Assembly (NCBI GenBank): GCA_964551375.1
Contig: CAZKBG010000001.1
Location: 90,001 to 122,000 of the forward strand
Reading direction: 5' to 3'
Source of the DNA: an uncultured archaeon
GTDB lineage: Archaea > Iainarchaeota > Iainarchaeia > Iainarchaeales > JAAZKV01
DNA: 32,000 nucleotides
In this document: piece after piece, positions 8,651-16,315 of the stretch
Layout of the letters: each line of letters starts with the position of its first letter
Numbering within the stretch: position 1 is the stretch's first letter
The notes under the pieces: generated by a model
What the model was told of the DNA's origin: nothing
The model's database searches: none
Seen by the model: only the letters and a program-made list of their open reading frames with translations
Position numbers and translations under genes: made by a program

Positions 8651-8658
8651 TTTATATA
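8651..8658 (-). promoter_or_regulatory. TATA box of the DUF192 gene (leaderless geometry)
   Basis: Minus-strand TATATAAA, 23-30 nt upstream of ATG 8628. Confidence 0.45.
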
Positions 8659-8705
8659 CGTTCTTGTTTTTTCAAAAAAATAAATGAAAATTAACTTATG
8701 TTTAA

Positions 8706-9119
8706 TTACTTTAACAGCTCAAGCGAAGGCACTTTAATTTCAGTCAGAAGCATTTCAGTTTTTTTTGGAAGATTTTTTTCCTTTTCTTCTCTCTTTTTCA
8801 ACTCAGCAATTATTTTATCAATTTCGCCCATTTTTGACTTAAGCTCGTCAATGACTTTTTTTATGTCCTCTTTTTGAGCAGGATCAATATTAGAAGGCAC
8901 TTTTGGCTGTTCTGCACTTGGATTAGCCAAAGGGGCTTGTGCTGGCTGAGGTTGTGAAGTTTGAACTGATGCTGGCTTTGCCTGGGCTTCATTTTGAGCC
9001 TGGTTTTGATTAGCGTTAGTATTTGTATTTTGCGCATTCTGCTGGTTTTGCTGGACCTTATTTTTAGGATATAATCCTGAAAACAATTCATCAAGTAGGG
9101 GATTTCTTTCATCAGACAT
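8706..9119 (-). CDS. Hypothetical protein with a Q/N-rich disordered centre and a C-terminal coiled coil
   Basis: 137 aa. N-terminal PLLDELFSGLY, then QQNQQNAQNTNTNANQNQAQNEAQ...QPQPAQAP low complexity, then the heptad-like KEDIKKVIDELKSKMGEIDKIIAELKKREEKEK. A TATA-like TTTATACT at 9139..9146 lies 20-27 nt upstream of the ATG. Confidence 0.6.
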   Translation of the reverse strand: MSDERNPLLDELFSGLYPKNKVQQNQQNAQNTNTNANQNQAQNEAQAKPASVQTSQPQPAQAPLANPSAEQPKVPSNIDPAQKEDIKKVIDELKSKMGEIDKIIAELKKREEKEKNLPKKTEMLLTEIKVPSLELLK

Positions 9120-9186
9120 GCAATTAGTACGTCTTTAGAGTATAAATATTTTTCATTAAAAGCATTAAATCCAAAAATCCGAAAGC

Positions 9187-9194
9187 TATTTATT
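9187..9194 (+). promoter_or_regulatory. TATA-like box of the methyltransferase gene
   Basis: TATTTATT, 22-29 nt upstream of ATG 9216. Together with 9139..9146 on the other strand it forms a divergent promoter gap. Confidence 0.35.
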
Positions 9195-9215
9195 CTACCC
9201 TTTACTTTATACCTT

Positions 9216-9875
9216 ATGCGAAGTGAATATGCTGACAAAATGATAACCGACTTGTCGGCAAGGAAAATTCCCCGTGTGGAAACTGTTTCTGGAGTAATGA
9301 TTTCAATTACTTCTAATTCAGTTTATCCTCCAAAAGGAACTGTTTCTGAAGCAGTTGCAAGCGCAATACCAAAAATACTAAAGAGATACACTAATCCGAG
9401 GGTTCTTGATTATGGATGCGGAACTGGATTTTTAGGAATAGTTTCCGCAAAATACGGCGCAAAAGTAACTGCGCTTGATTTATCCCCGGATGCTATTGAA
9501 CACACCTCAACAAATATGGTTCTTAACGGCGTTGATTTTGATGTGCGCTACAGCGACGGCTTCTCCGCACTACTTGGAACAGAAAAATTTGATTTAATCC
9601 TTGCGGTTCTTCCCTTTGAGGAAGCAAAGCCAAATACCCAGCTTGAAGTTGCATTTTATGATGAAAACTCAGTTGCAAAAAATACTCTTTTTGCAAATGC
9701 AAAAAAACATTTGACAAAAGAAGGCACAATTTTGTTTGTGTATTCCGACAGGATGCAAAAAATACTTCCAATGGAAACATTTGTGAAAGGATTTAATTTT
9801 AAAAAAATAGTTTCAAGCACAGTAATGGGCGATAATTACTTTGTGGTTCAATTAACTCCAAAAACTTTTTACTAA
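9216..9875 (+). CDS. Class I SAM-dependent methyltransferase (substrate unknown)
   Basis: Motif I VLDYGCGTGFLG, then acidic motif II VTALDLSP, and FDLILAVLPF at the post-III position. There is no NPPY/DPPY motif. Confidence 0.75.
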   Translation: MRSEYADKMITDLSARKIPRVETVSGVMISITSNSVYPPKGTVSEAVASAIPKILKRYTNPRVLDYGCGTGFLGIVSAKYGAKVTALDLSPDAIEHTSTNMVLNGVDFDVRYSDGFSALLGTEKFDLILAVLPFEEAKPNTQLEVAFYDENSVAKNTLFANAKKHLTKEGTILFVYSDRMQKILPMETFVKGFNFKKIVSSTVMGDNYFVVQLTPKTFY

Positions 9876-9904
9876 AATAAATGCTGATTATTTATAACTG
9901 TTAA

Positions 9905-10543
9905 TTATTTCAGCACATCCCCAGTCTCATTGCTCCAGAAGATTAAATCAAGCTCCGCAAAGCTAAGCTTATGCTTTAAGCAGAATTCACTCATTTTATT
10001 CTCAATTTCAAGATATTTTTTCTTTGTAATCGTTTTTGGAAGTGCATCAATAACTCCGCATTTAACAAGATTCTTCAAAATATGCCTGTCAAGTATAGCC
10101 ACATGCTCTCCAAAGCCAATATTTCTCAAAAAGTGAGATGCTTCTTTGTACCCATATCCGTTAACTTCGCTTACCAAAAACTCCCTGCATTTAATAGGCG
10201 CATTAGGAAGCCCAGCTTCTTGAAGGATTTTATTTACTTTATTCACAGCAAATTTTTTTTGAACTTCAACAAGCCGCAAAGCCTTGGTTCTGAAAAATCT
10301 AACATTTTTTAAAAAAGGTTCTTTATCCTTGGCAGTTCCTTTAGTCAACAAGTTATGTTGTTTTAGAAGATTAATAGTTTTAATTGCCTGCTTTGCAGAG
10401 CTTTGGGGGGTGAGAATGCAAAAGCAAAGCTCCTCATAAACTTTTTCGTTTGAATTCCAATTTGATTTAAACTCATTAAGCGCTTTGTCAATTTTTGCGC
10501 TGATTTCACCTCTTGCAATGCAGATTTGGGGTTTCATGCACAA
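9905..10543 (-). CDS. ogg: 8-oxoguanine DNA glycosylase/AP lyase, archaeal Ogg2-type (HhH-GPD)
   Basis: GYGYKEASHFLRNIGFGEHVAILDRHILK carries the HhH element with the catalytic Lys and the downstream Asp in the LDRH context typical of Ogg2-type enzymes. The track start is TTG 10543; ATG 10537 is an alternative. Confidence 0.8.
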   Translation of the reverse strand: MCMKPQICIARGEISAKIDKALNEFKSNWNSNEKVYEELCFCILTPQSSAKQAIKTINLLKQHNLLTKGTAKDKEPFLKNVRFFRTKALRLVEVQKKFAVNKVNKILQEAGLPNAPIKCREFLVSEVNGYGYKEASHFLRNIGFGEHVAILDRHILKNLVKCGVIDALPKTITKKKYLEIENKMSEFCLKHKLSFAELDLIFWSNETGDVLK

Positions 10544-10620
10544 CTCCAGTTTTGGTTGTTGTTTAAAACCTTCTCCCTGGATTATTAGTACATTATTCGA
10601 ATAGGACTTCTGCCGAGTAA

Positions 10621-10628
10621 TTTATAAA
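10621..10628 (+). promoter_or_regulatory. TATA box upstream of uppS
   Basis: TTTATAAA, 31-38 nt upstream of the TTG start at 10659. Confidence 0.35.
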
Positions 10629-10658
10629 CAAATTAAGTTCTCAATATATAGAGCAGTT

Positions 10659-11366
10659 TTGGGTGATAAGTTGATTGAATCAATAGCATTTATCCCTGAC
10701 GGGAACAGAAGATATGCTAAAACCGCAGGCATATCATACGCTCAAAGTTACTTGATTGGAACACAAAAAGCATGGGATGTAATTGATTGGATAAAAAAAT
10801 ACCCTTCAATAAAGAACGGAGTGTTTTACACATTTTCTTTAAAAAACTTTGAACGCTCAAAAGCAGAGCTTTCAGTGTTAATGAAAATTTTTGAGCATGA
10901 GCTTGACAGGGTAAAGAAGCACAAAATCATAACAGAAAATGGGATAAAATTAAAATTCATTGGGAGAAAAGAAGTATTTTCAAAAAAACTGCAGACAAAA
11001 ATGAATGAGGTTGAAGAATATACTTCACAATTCGATTCAAAAACAATTTACCTTGCGCTTGGCTATGACGGACAGGCTGAAATAGTTGATGCGAGCAAGA
11101 AATTTGCGCAGGATGTAAAGAGCGGCAAAATTTCGCTTAACGAACTTGACACTAAAACATTCCAGCATTATTTATACGCTGATTTTAAAGCGCCTGATTT
11201 GATTGTGAGAACCTCAAAAGAACAGCGCTTGAGCGGATTTTTAACTTACCAAAGCTCTTATTCAGAACTTTCCTTCATTAACAAGTACTGGCCGGAGTTA
11301 AAAGAAAAAGATGTTGATAAAGTAATTCACGACTTTGAAAACAGAGAAAGAAGATTTGGAAAGTAA
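10659..11366 (+). CDS. uppS: cis-prenyltransferase (undecaprenyl/dolichyl-type diphosphate synthase)
   Basis: FIPDGNRRYA (DGNRR-W/Y-A motif) and VRTSKEQRLSGFLTYQSSYSEL (RTSGE-x-R-x-S-x-FL-x-WQ motif). Apparent TTG start. Confidence 0.88.
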   Translation: MGDKLIESIAFIPDGNRRYAKTAGISYAQSYLIGTQKAWDVIDWIKKYPSIKNGVFYTFSLKNFERSKAELSVLMKIFEHELDRVKKHKIITENGIKLKFIGRKEVFSKKLQTKMNEVEEYTSQFDSKTIYLALGYDGQAEIVDASKKFAQDVKSGKISLNELDTKTFQHYLYADFKAPDLIVRTSKEQRLSGFLTYQSSYSELSFINKYWPELKEKDVDKVIHDFENRERRFGK

Positions 11367-11381
11367 TTGCCTATTTTGTTC

Positions 11382-11397
11382 TTTTTTAATTAAAAAA
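11382..11397. terminator. Palindromic bidirectional oligo-T terminator shared by uppS and tRNA-Gln
   Basis: TTTTTTAATTAAAAAA gives a T6 run on each strand. It lies 16 nt after the uppS stop and 7 nt after the tRNA 3' end. Confidence 0.45.
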
Positions 11398-11403
11398 TAG
11401 AAA

Positions 11404-11476
11404 TAGCCCCTCCCAGATTCGAACTGGGGTCTGGAGATCCAGAGTCTCCCATCCTTGGCCACTAGACGAAGGGGCT
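11404..11476 (-). tRNA. tRNA-Gln(CUG): tRNA-Gln (anticodon CUG), no encoded CCA
   Basis: Hand-folded 73-nt cloverleaf: acceptor AGCCCCT/AGGGGCT with A1:U72, D arm GTCT/GGAT, anticodon stem GGAGA/TCTCC with loop CT-CTG-GA, 4-nt variable loop, T arm CCCAG-TTCGAAT-CTGGG, discriminator A. Confidence 0.9.
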
Positions 11477-11505
11477 ATTAATACTGATTTAGTTCGCTCT
11501 GCGAA

Positions 11506-11513
11506 CATATAAT
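11506..11513 (-). promoter_or_regulatory. TATA-like box proximal to tRNA-Gln
   Basis: Minus-strand ATTATATG, 30-37 nt upstream of tRNA position 1. Confidence 0.3.
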
Positions 11514-11554
11514 CCCTTCGGCTATTTTTTCGCAAGCCTTTTATCAAAAGGCTT

Positions 11555-11570
11555 CTAGACGAAGGGGCTA
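11555..11570 (-). repeat. Direct repeat: duplicated 5' end of tRNA-Gln (positions -1 to 15)
   Basis: ctagacgaaggggcta at 11555..11570 is identical to 11462..11477, which covers the first 15 nt of the tRNA plus 1 upstream nt. Similarity extends to ggcNNctagac on both copies. The copies are 93 nt apart. Confidence 0.85.
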
Positions 11571-11644
11571 ATCAGCGCTTAGCGCTAATACAAGACTAGA
11601 GTTTGAGAAAATTTATAAAGCAGATTATTGGGTGTTTTTTGACG

Positions 11645-12793
11645 TCAGCTAGTCATGAATTTTAAGAAAGTGCCCGCAAGGAAGAAGTACTTGGGGTTAG
11701 TTGCAAGTTTGCCGATGAATTTTCCCGGCTCGTCCATATCCCCTTCTTTCTCAAGGAATTCTTCAATTCCCTTCTGTTTTAATTTTAAGAATAAATCATC
11801 AATTTCTTTTGAGGAAAGAGAGTTAAGGTATTTTCTAATCTTCCAGTGCAGTTTTAATTCCTTATTTATTTTATCCATTTTCTTTTCATAATCCGCAAGC
11901 ATTGTTTTATTCTTAACTGCAGCAGCAACAACATCTCCAAGCAAAAGGGCTGATTTCATTCCAAATATCACTCCGCCCCCAGTGGTTGCTTTAGTCTGAA
12001 AAGCCGCATCTCCCACAATTGCAAGATTATCTTTTGAAATGCCGCTAAGAGGAGGCCCGCATGGAACAAGAGCTGAATCAACTTTGTATATTCTTGCATT
12101 AGGAAGCCTTTGTTTAACAAAAGCCCTAAATCTCTCATTAACATCCTCTCCAAGAGTTGTTCCAATCCCTACTTTTGCTTTCTCCGCGCTTATTGGCACA
12201 ACCCAAGCAAAAAAGCCTTTTGCGAACTCGTTTAAGTGAACCTCAACCATGTCTTTTTCAAATTCTCCGCTAAGAGTCGCCTGCATGGTGTGGACAAAGT
12301 TTTCTTTAGGAGCTTTTATTCCAAGAAGGTGCCTTACTGTTGAATTAACTCCGTCAGCTCCGATTATGTACTCTGCTTTTCTTAATTCGCCCCTGTTTTC
12401 AGACTGGACAAAAAGCGTGTTCTTCCTCACATCAATAAGCTTAGTGTTAGTTGCAACGTGGATATTGTGAAGCCGAGCTTTCCTTACAAGCATTTCATCA
12501 AACTTTTTTCTATCCACAACATACGCCACAGTTTCTTTTCGCTTAATTTTCAGCATGTGCCCTGAAGGAGAAAATATTTTTGCGCCTTTAATTTCGTTTT
12601 GAAGCGAGTCGCTTGGGGCAAGTCCCAAATCCTCAACGCCTTTTTTTGAAATAAGCCCTGAACAGTGCACAGGCTCTCCGACATTATCATGCTCTTCAAA
12701 AACAGTTGCGTCAATTCCGAGCTCTTTGATTCTTAACGCCGCCATGAGCCCTGCAGGCCCCGCGCCGATTATTGCAACTGTATTTAGCCCCAA
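11645..12793 (-). CDS. Geranylgeranyl reductase family FAD-dependent oxidoreductase (lipid or polyprenol reductase)
   Basis: N-terminal IIGAGPAGL dinucleotide fold, VHCSGLIS (catalytic Cys context), FFAWVVP (Y/F-x-W-x-F/V-P motif), VGDAAFQTKATTGGGV. TTG start at 12793. Confidence 0.85.
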   Translation of the reverse strand: MGLNTVAIIGAGPAGLMAALRIKELGIDATVFEEHDNVGEPVHCSGLISKKGVEDLGLAPSDSLQNEIKGAKIFSPSGHMLKIKRKETVAYVVDRKKFDEMLVRKARLHNIHVATNTKLIDVRKNTLFVQSENRGELRKAEYIIGADGVNSTVRHLLGIKAPKENFVHTMQATLSGEFEKDMVEVHLNEFAKGFFAWVVPISAEKAKVGIGTTLGEDVNERFRAFVKQRLPNARIYKVDSALVPCGPPLSGISKDNLAIVGDAAFQTKATTGGGVIFGMKSALLLGDVVAAAVKNKTMLADYEKKMDKINKELKLHWKIRKYLNSLSSKEIDDLFLKLKQKGIEEFLEKEGDMDEPGKFIGKLATNPKYFFLAGTFLKFMTS

Positions 12794-12874
12794 TATAACA
12801 CCTATCTAATAATGGCTGTTGAGGTTTTAAAGTTTCTCTTTTGAAAATAAGTTTTGAATATAAACAAAGGAACT

Positions 12875-12899
12875 TGGCTTTTATTTTTTGTAAAAGCCA
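12875..12899 (-). terminator. Hairpin terminator candidate downstream of the surface-protein gene
   Basis: TGGCTTTTA / TAAAAGCCA form a perfect 9-bp stem with a 7-nt loop, 26 nt after the stop at 12925 and followed by T-rich sequence on the minus strand. Confidence 0.4.
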
Positions 12900-12924
12900 G
12901 TTCTTTTATTTAATTTTTATTTTG

Positions 12925-15690
12925 TCATGGCTTATTTGCTTCCCATTTCTTTGCTTCGGGTTTTTGTTCAGGAGTAAAGCGATCAATTATTGATTTCTTT
13001 GCCCCAAAACCATGCGCTCCGCTTCCGCCTTTGAATTTAATGAAAAATACTACTACTAAAACTATTATTATAATGATTATAATCACTGCGATTATCATCA
13101 TTGTTCCATCATCAACAAGAGGGGTTCTTGTTAAATCTGCCGCGCTGCTTGTCCCTTCAATTAATAATGGAGGCGCTTCAAATTTAGCTATTACATTTGT
13201 TGCAATTAATGCTTTTGCAGCATCGCTTGTCATTTCTCCAAGACCATACCTTACCGTAGCCTTAGCTCCTTTTGCAACATCAACAGTGAACTCCACAACA
13301 GGATCGTCCTTGATTATTGACCATGAGTGGCTTACCATCTTGATTTTCTTTGCGCTGTCCAAAAGTTCTTTTGGAATATATTCAACAATTTTAACTTTTC
13401 CAGATTCTGTGTTGTTTGTGAACTCAATCTCAACTTTTACCTGAACTGTGTTTGAGTCCCCAGTTTCAACTATTACAAGTCTTCTTGCCATCTTAGCTCC
13501 GTTAACTGTCTGCGCAATAGTTTTTGCATTCTGCGCAGGTATTCCAAGAGCAGTAATCAGATTTTCAGTATTTGCATTATCGAATGTATAATTTGCTATA
13601 TTTGCGTCCCTAAAGTTAGTTGATGCTTTGAATTCATCATATAATGAATTTGCAAGCGTTGCTTTTACAAGCGCATTTGCGGGAGCTGTAACTAAATCCT
13701 CTTCAGCTTCAGCAAGGGCTTCATCAGCGCTCGCTTTTTTTGTTCTCATGCTTTCAGAAATTACAAGCCCGAGCGACTTTGCATTATCCAAAACTCGTTG
13801 AGCATCGCTTTTCTTAATATTAGCCTGTGAAATTTTCAAAGCAGCATCCTCGTTTGAAGGAAGCGCGTTTGAAATTGTGATGGTCCTTGTTATTTCTCTT
13901 GAGTTTCCTGCTTTATCAGAAACTTTTGCGCTTAAAGAATAGCTTCCATTTTTGAAATTGTGTGTGTTTAAGTCAATATAGAATATGTTTGTAACTGAAG
14001 TATCCCTTGTCGAGCTTATTTTTCCGCCGTTGAAATCGAATTCAACTTTTTCAATTAATTCAGTATCAATTGCGGTAACTCCGACTTTTTTTGCTCCAAT
14101 AAATGTCGCGTTTGTGTCATTCCATGAAATTGAAGGCGGGTTGTTGTCAATTGTTACATAAAGTAAATTTGATGTTGTCCTCCCGCTTTCTTCGCACCAG
14201 AAGTTTATTCTCTTGTATCCATTGCTTCCTGAATTAATTGACAGGCTTTGCGAGATTACATTAACACTGCTTGTGTTTGAAGCAAGCTGTGTTGTTGTCC
14301 CAGTCGGATCAAGATACTGGTAAAATATTTTTCCGCTTGTTGTGTTCTGCGAGTAAGTGCATTCAACAGCCAGACTGTCTCCGTTTTTTGCATAATCCGT
14401 AGCTGCGCCAAGTCTTTTTACAGTAATTGTCGCGGTTGTTGAAATAGGAATTACAGTAACTTCATTGCTTGAAATGCTTTCATTTCCTGCCCCGTCTCTT
14501 GTATGAATCCTGAATTTGTAATCAGTGTCATTAGTGAGTCCGGTTGCGGTGTAAGTTACAGTTGATGCGCTGTTTACTCTGTCAAAATAAGTAAATGCTC
14601 CCGCTCCGATTGCTCTGTAAATATTATATCCTGCGTTTCCTGAATTATTATCAGCTGCGCTTGGAGCCGTCCAGTTTAGAACTGCGCTGCCGTTGCCTGC
14701 CGTTATAGTTAAGCTTGTTGGAGCGCTTGGAGCAACGCTGTCATACAAAACATATGTTGTGTGAAGATTAGCATCAATATTTCCAACAGCATCTTTGAAC
14801 TGAACATAAACATCCTTGTTCCAGTCTGATTTTGCAGTGCATCCATAAGTTGTGTCATTAATGTTAAAATCAGAGTATGTTGTTGCATAAGTAATCCATG
14901 AAGTCCAAGATGAGTTATTGCATGATAATCTCATCAAAACTCCCGGCCAAGCATGCGAATTGCTGATGCTAAAAGAAGGTTTTTCGCTGTTAGTCCACCC
15001 TGAATAGCTTATGCTTCCAGAAGTAGGAGCAAGTGTGTCGATAGTAAAAGTAAAACTTCCGCTTGCCGCGTTTCCCAAGGCATCATTAACATCATATGCT
15101 ACAGTGTGTGTTCCTTCGCTCATGTTGTTTATAACAAATGTTGCAGGGCTTGTTGCTGTGCTTACTTGGTGGTTTGAATCCACGCTTACTTTTATCATTG
15201 AAATACTGCTAAAATTATCGCTGAATGCGAGACTGAAATTAAAATCAGCTTTGTTATAATCAGTGCTTGCTACTGGATATGTTGTTCCAATAACAGGCGC
15301 AGTTTGGTCATCAATTGCCCATGCTCCGCGATAAGCATAAGTTGGAACATCTGTGTTCCCATCCAAAAGAACCGCCCAAATTGAATTGTTCCTGTCATTT
15401 GACCAAAGGCTTGCGTCATAAGTTGAAACTGATACAGTCATTGGGGTTCCATTAAAGTCAATAAAATTTGCGCATGAAGCGGGCTGCGATGCGGAATAAG
15501 TGAAACAAACTTTATTGTTATCCGCTCCGCCGTCAGTTGTAAGAACTAAAGTAATATCGGAAGAATTTTTGTTTACTATTGTTCCGTTTAATACATTTGC
15601 CCCTTCCTTTATTTCCAGATTTGTTATTCCAAGGGAAAAAACAGTTGCTGATACTAATACTAACGCTGCCAATAGTGCCCAAAATTTCAT
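12925..15690 (-). CDS. Surface (S-layer-like) glycoprotein candidate with FN3 and Ig-like domains and a C-terminal TM anchor
   Basis: Signal peptide MKFWALLAALVLVSATVFS starts at ATG 15690, with AATAAATA box 22-29 nt upstream (the track start TTG 15705 is less likely). FN3-like segment APSAPTSLTITAGNGSAVLNWTAP...YNIYR...YTATGLTNDTDYKFRIHTRDGAGNES. About 20 N-X-S/T sequons by eye. C-terminal MMIIAVIIIIIIIVLVVVFFI helix plus a basic tail of about 45 aa. Confidence 0.8.
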   Translation of the reverse strand: MKFWALLAALVLVSATVFSLGITNLEIKEGANVLNGTIVNKNSSDITLVLTTDGGADNNKVCFTYSASQPASCANFIDFNGTPMTVSVSTYDASLWSNDRNNSIWAVLLDGNTDVPTYAYRGAWAIDDQTAPVIGTTYPVASTDYNKADFNFSLAFSDNFSSISMIKVSVDSNHQVSTATSPATFVINNMSEGTHTVAYDVNDALGNAASGSFTFTIDTLAPTSGSISYSGWTNSEKPSFSISNSHAWPGVLMRLSCNNSSWTSWITYATTYSDFNINDTTYGCTAKSDWNKDVYVQFKDAVGNIDANLHTTYVLYDSVAPSAPTSLTITAGNGSAVLNWTAPSAADNNSGNAGYNIYRAIGAGAFTYFDRVNSASTVTYTATGLTNDTDYKFRIHTRDGAGNESISSNEVTVIPISTTATITVKRLGAATDYAKNGDSLAVECTYSQNTTSGKIFYQYLDPTGTTTQLASNTSSVNVISQSLSINSGSNGYKRINFWCEESGRTTSNLLYVTIDNNPPSISWNDTNATFIGAKKVGVTAIDTELIEKVEFDFNGGKISSTRDTSVTNIFYIDLNTHNFKNGSYSLSAKVSDKAGNSREITRTITISNALPSNEDAALKISQANIKKSDAQRVLDNAKSLGLVISESMRTKKASADEALAEAEEDLVTAPANALVKATLANSLYDEFKASTNFRDANIANYTFDNANTENLITALGIPAQNAKTIAQTVNGAKMARRLVIVETGDSNTVQVKVEIEFTNNTESGKVKIVEYIPKELLDSAKKIKMVSHSWSIIKDDPVVEFTVDVAKGAKATVRYGLGEMTSDAAKALIATNVIAKFEAPPLLIEGTSSAADLTRTPLVDDGTMMIIAVIIIIIIIVLVVVFFIKFKGGSGAHGFGAKKSIIDRFTPEQKPEAKKWEANKP

Positions 15691-15711
15691 TAAATTCACT
15701 TCCAAAATTTG

Positions 15712-15719
15712 TATTTATT
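15712..15719 (-). promoter_or_regulatory. TATA-like box of the surface-protein gene
   Basis: Minus-strand AATAAATA, 22-29 nt upstream of ATG 15690. Confidence 0.35.
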
Positions 15720-15780
15720 AGTGCTTAATCATTTATTAATGTTTTTAGCCCGTTTTTGCGAGGCAAATATGAATCAGAAT

Positions 15781-16014
15781 TTATTTGAAGTAGTTAATTA
15801 ATTCTTCCCGGGTTAATTTGGCCTGATTTAAAATTCCTTTTAGAGTTCCTGGGTCAATTGATTTGTGAATTGGCACTACAGTTGTTATTTTGCCAGTTAA
15901 TGTGTGTTTTACTAAAACTATGTGGCTTCCTTTTTGCCTGGTTGTAGAAAATCCATTTTGTTCAAGAAATTTTATGAGTTCTATTCCTGAAAGAATTGGT
16001 AATTTCATTTGCAT
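15781..16014 (-). CDS. hicA: HicA family mRNA-interferase toxin
   Basis: 77 aa. LIKFLEQNGF...RQKGSHIVL...VPIH... has the YcfA/HicA dsRBD-like pattern with the conserved G-S-H. Confidence 0.85.
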   Translation of the reverse strand: MQMKLPILSGIELIKFLEQNGFSTTRQKGSHIVLVKHTLTGKITTVVPIHKSIDPGTLKGILNQAKLTREELINYFK

Positions 16015-16018
16015 CAGT

Positions 16019-16270
16019 TTACCCAGTAAGTGTTACTGAGCATACTTTTGCTTTTTTTAGAGTACTTTCTTTTAGTTTGGTAGGCATATTTTCTTCTTCA
16101 AGAAATAATTCAATTGCTTCTTTTATATTTGCTAATGCTTCTTTTTCAGTATTTCCTTGGCTTACTACGCCAAGTTTTGGGCATTCTGCAACAAAAGCAA
16201 TTTCTCCTTTTTTGATTATTACTTGGTACTCTTTTTCCATGTTATCAAGCATATTATCGCCCGAACACAT
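16019..16270 (-). CDS. hicB: HicB family antitoxin (N-terminal HicB/UPF0150 domain only)
   Basis: YQVIIKKGEIAFVAECPKLGVVSQGNTEKEALANIKEAIELFLEE is the typical HicB core. It lies 4 nt upstream of hicA. No RHH or HTH extension is present. ATG 16270 has TTTAAATC 26-33 nt upstream (16296..16303). Confidence 0.8.
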   Translation of the reverse strand: MCSGDNMLDNMEKEYQVIIKKGEIAFVAECPKLGVVSQGNTEKEALANIKEAIELFLEEENMPTKLKESTLKKAKVCSVTLTG

Positions 16271-16315
16271 AATAAAACAATCTTTTTATTTTTAGGATTT
16301 AAACTAATCAGCTAT

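Noticed and set aside
9216-9875. I considered calling the methyltransferase a HemK/PrmC-type release-factor or N6-adenine methyltransferase.
   Set aside because: The diagnostic (N/D)PPY motif is absent, with LPFE at the equivalent position. Only a generic class I SAM-methyltransferase call is supportable.
13047-13110. Apparent AT trinucleotide microsatellite (tactactact...attattattataatgattataatc...atcatcatt).
   Set aside because: It is the antisense of the Ile/Val-rich C-terminal TM helix (IIAVIIIIIIIVLVVV) of the surface protein. The repetition is coding codon repetition, not a non-coding repeat.
13031-13444. 137-aa plus-strand ORF inside the surface-protein gene. Similar antisense ORFs occur at 401..778, 2681..3055, 15011..15259 and 15500..15721.
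   Set aside because: These ORFs are fully embedded antisense to long, well-supported genes. Their translations are low-complexity (I/T/S/F-rich) mirror images of the sense codons, and they have no promoter or RBS context.
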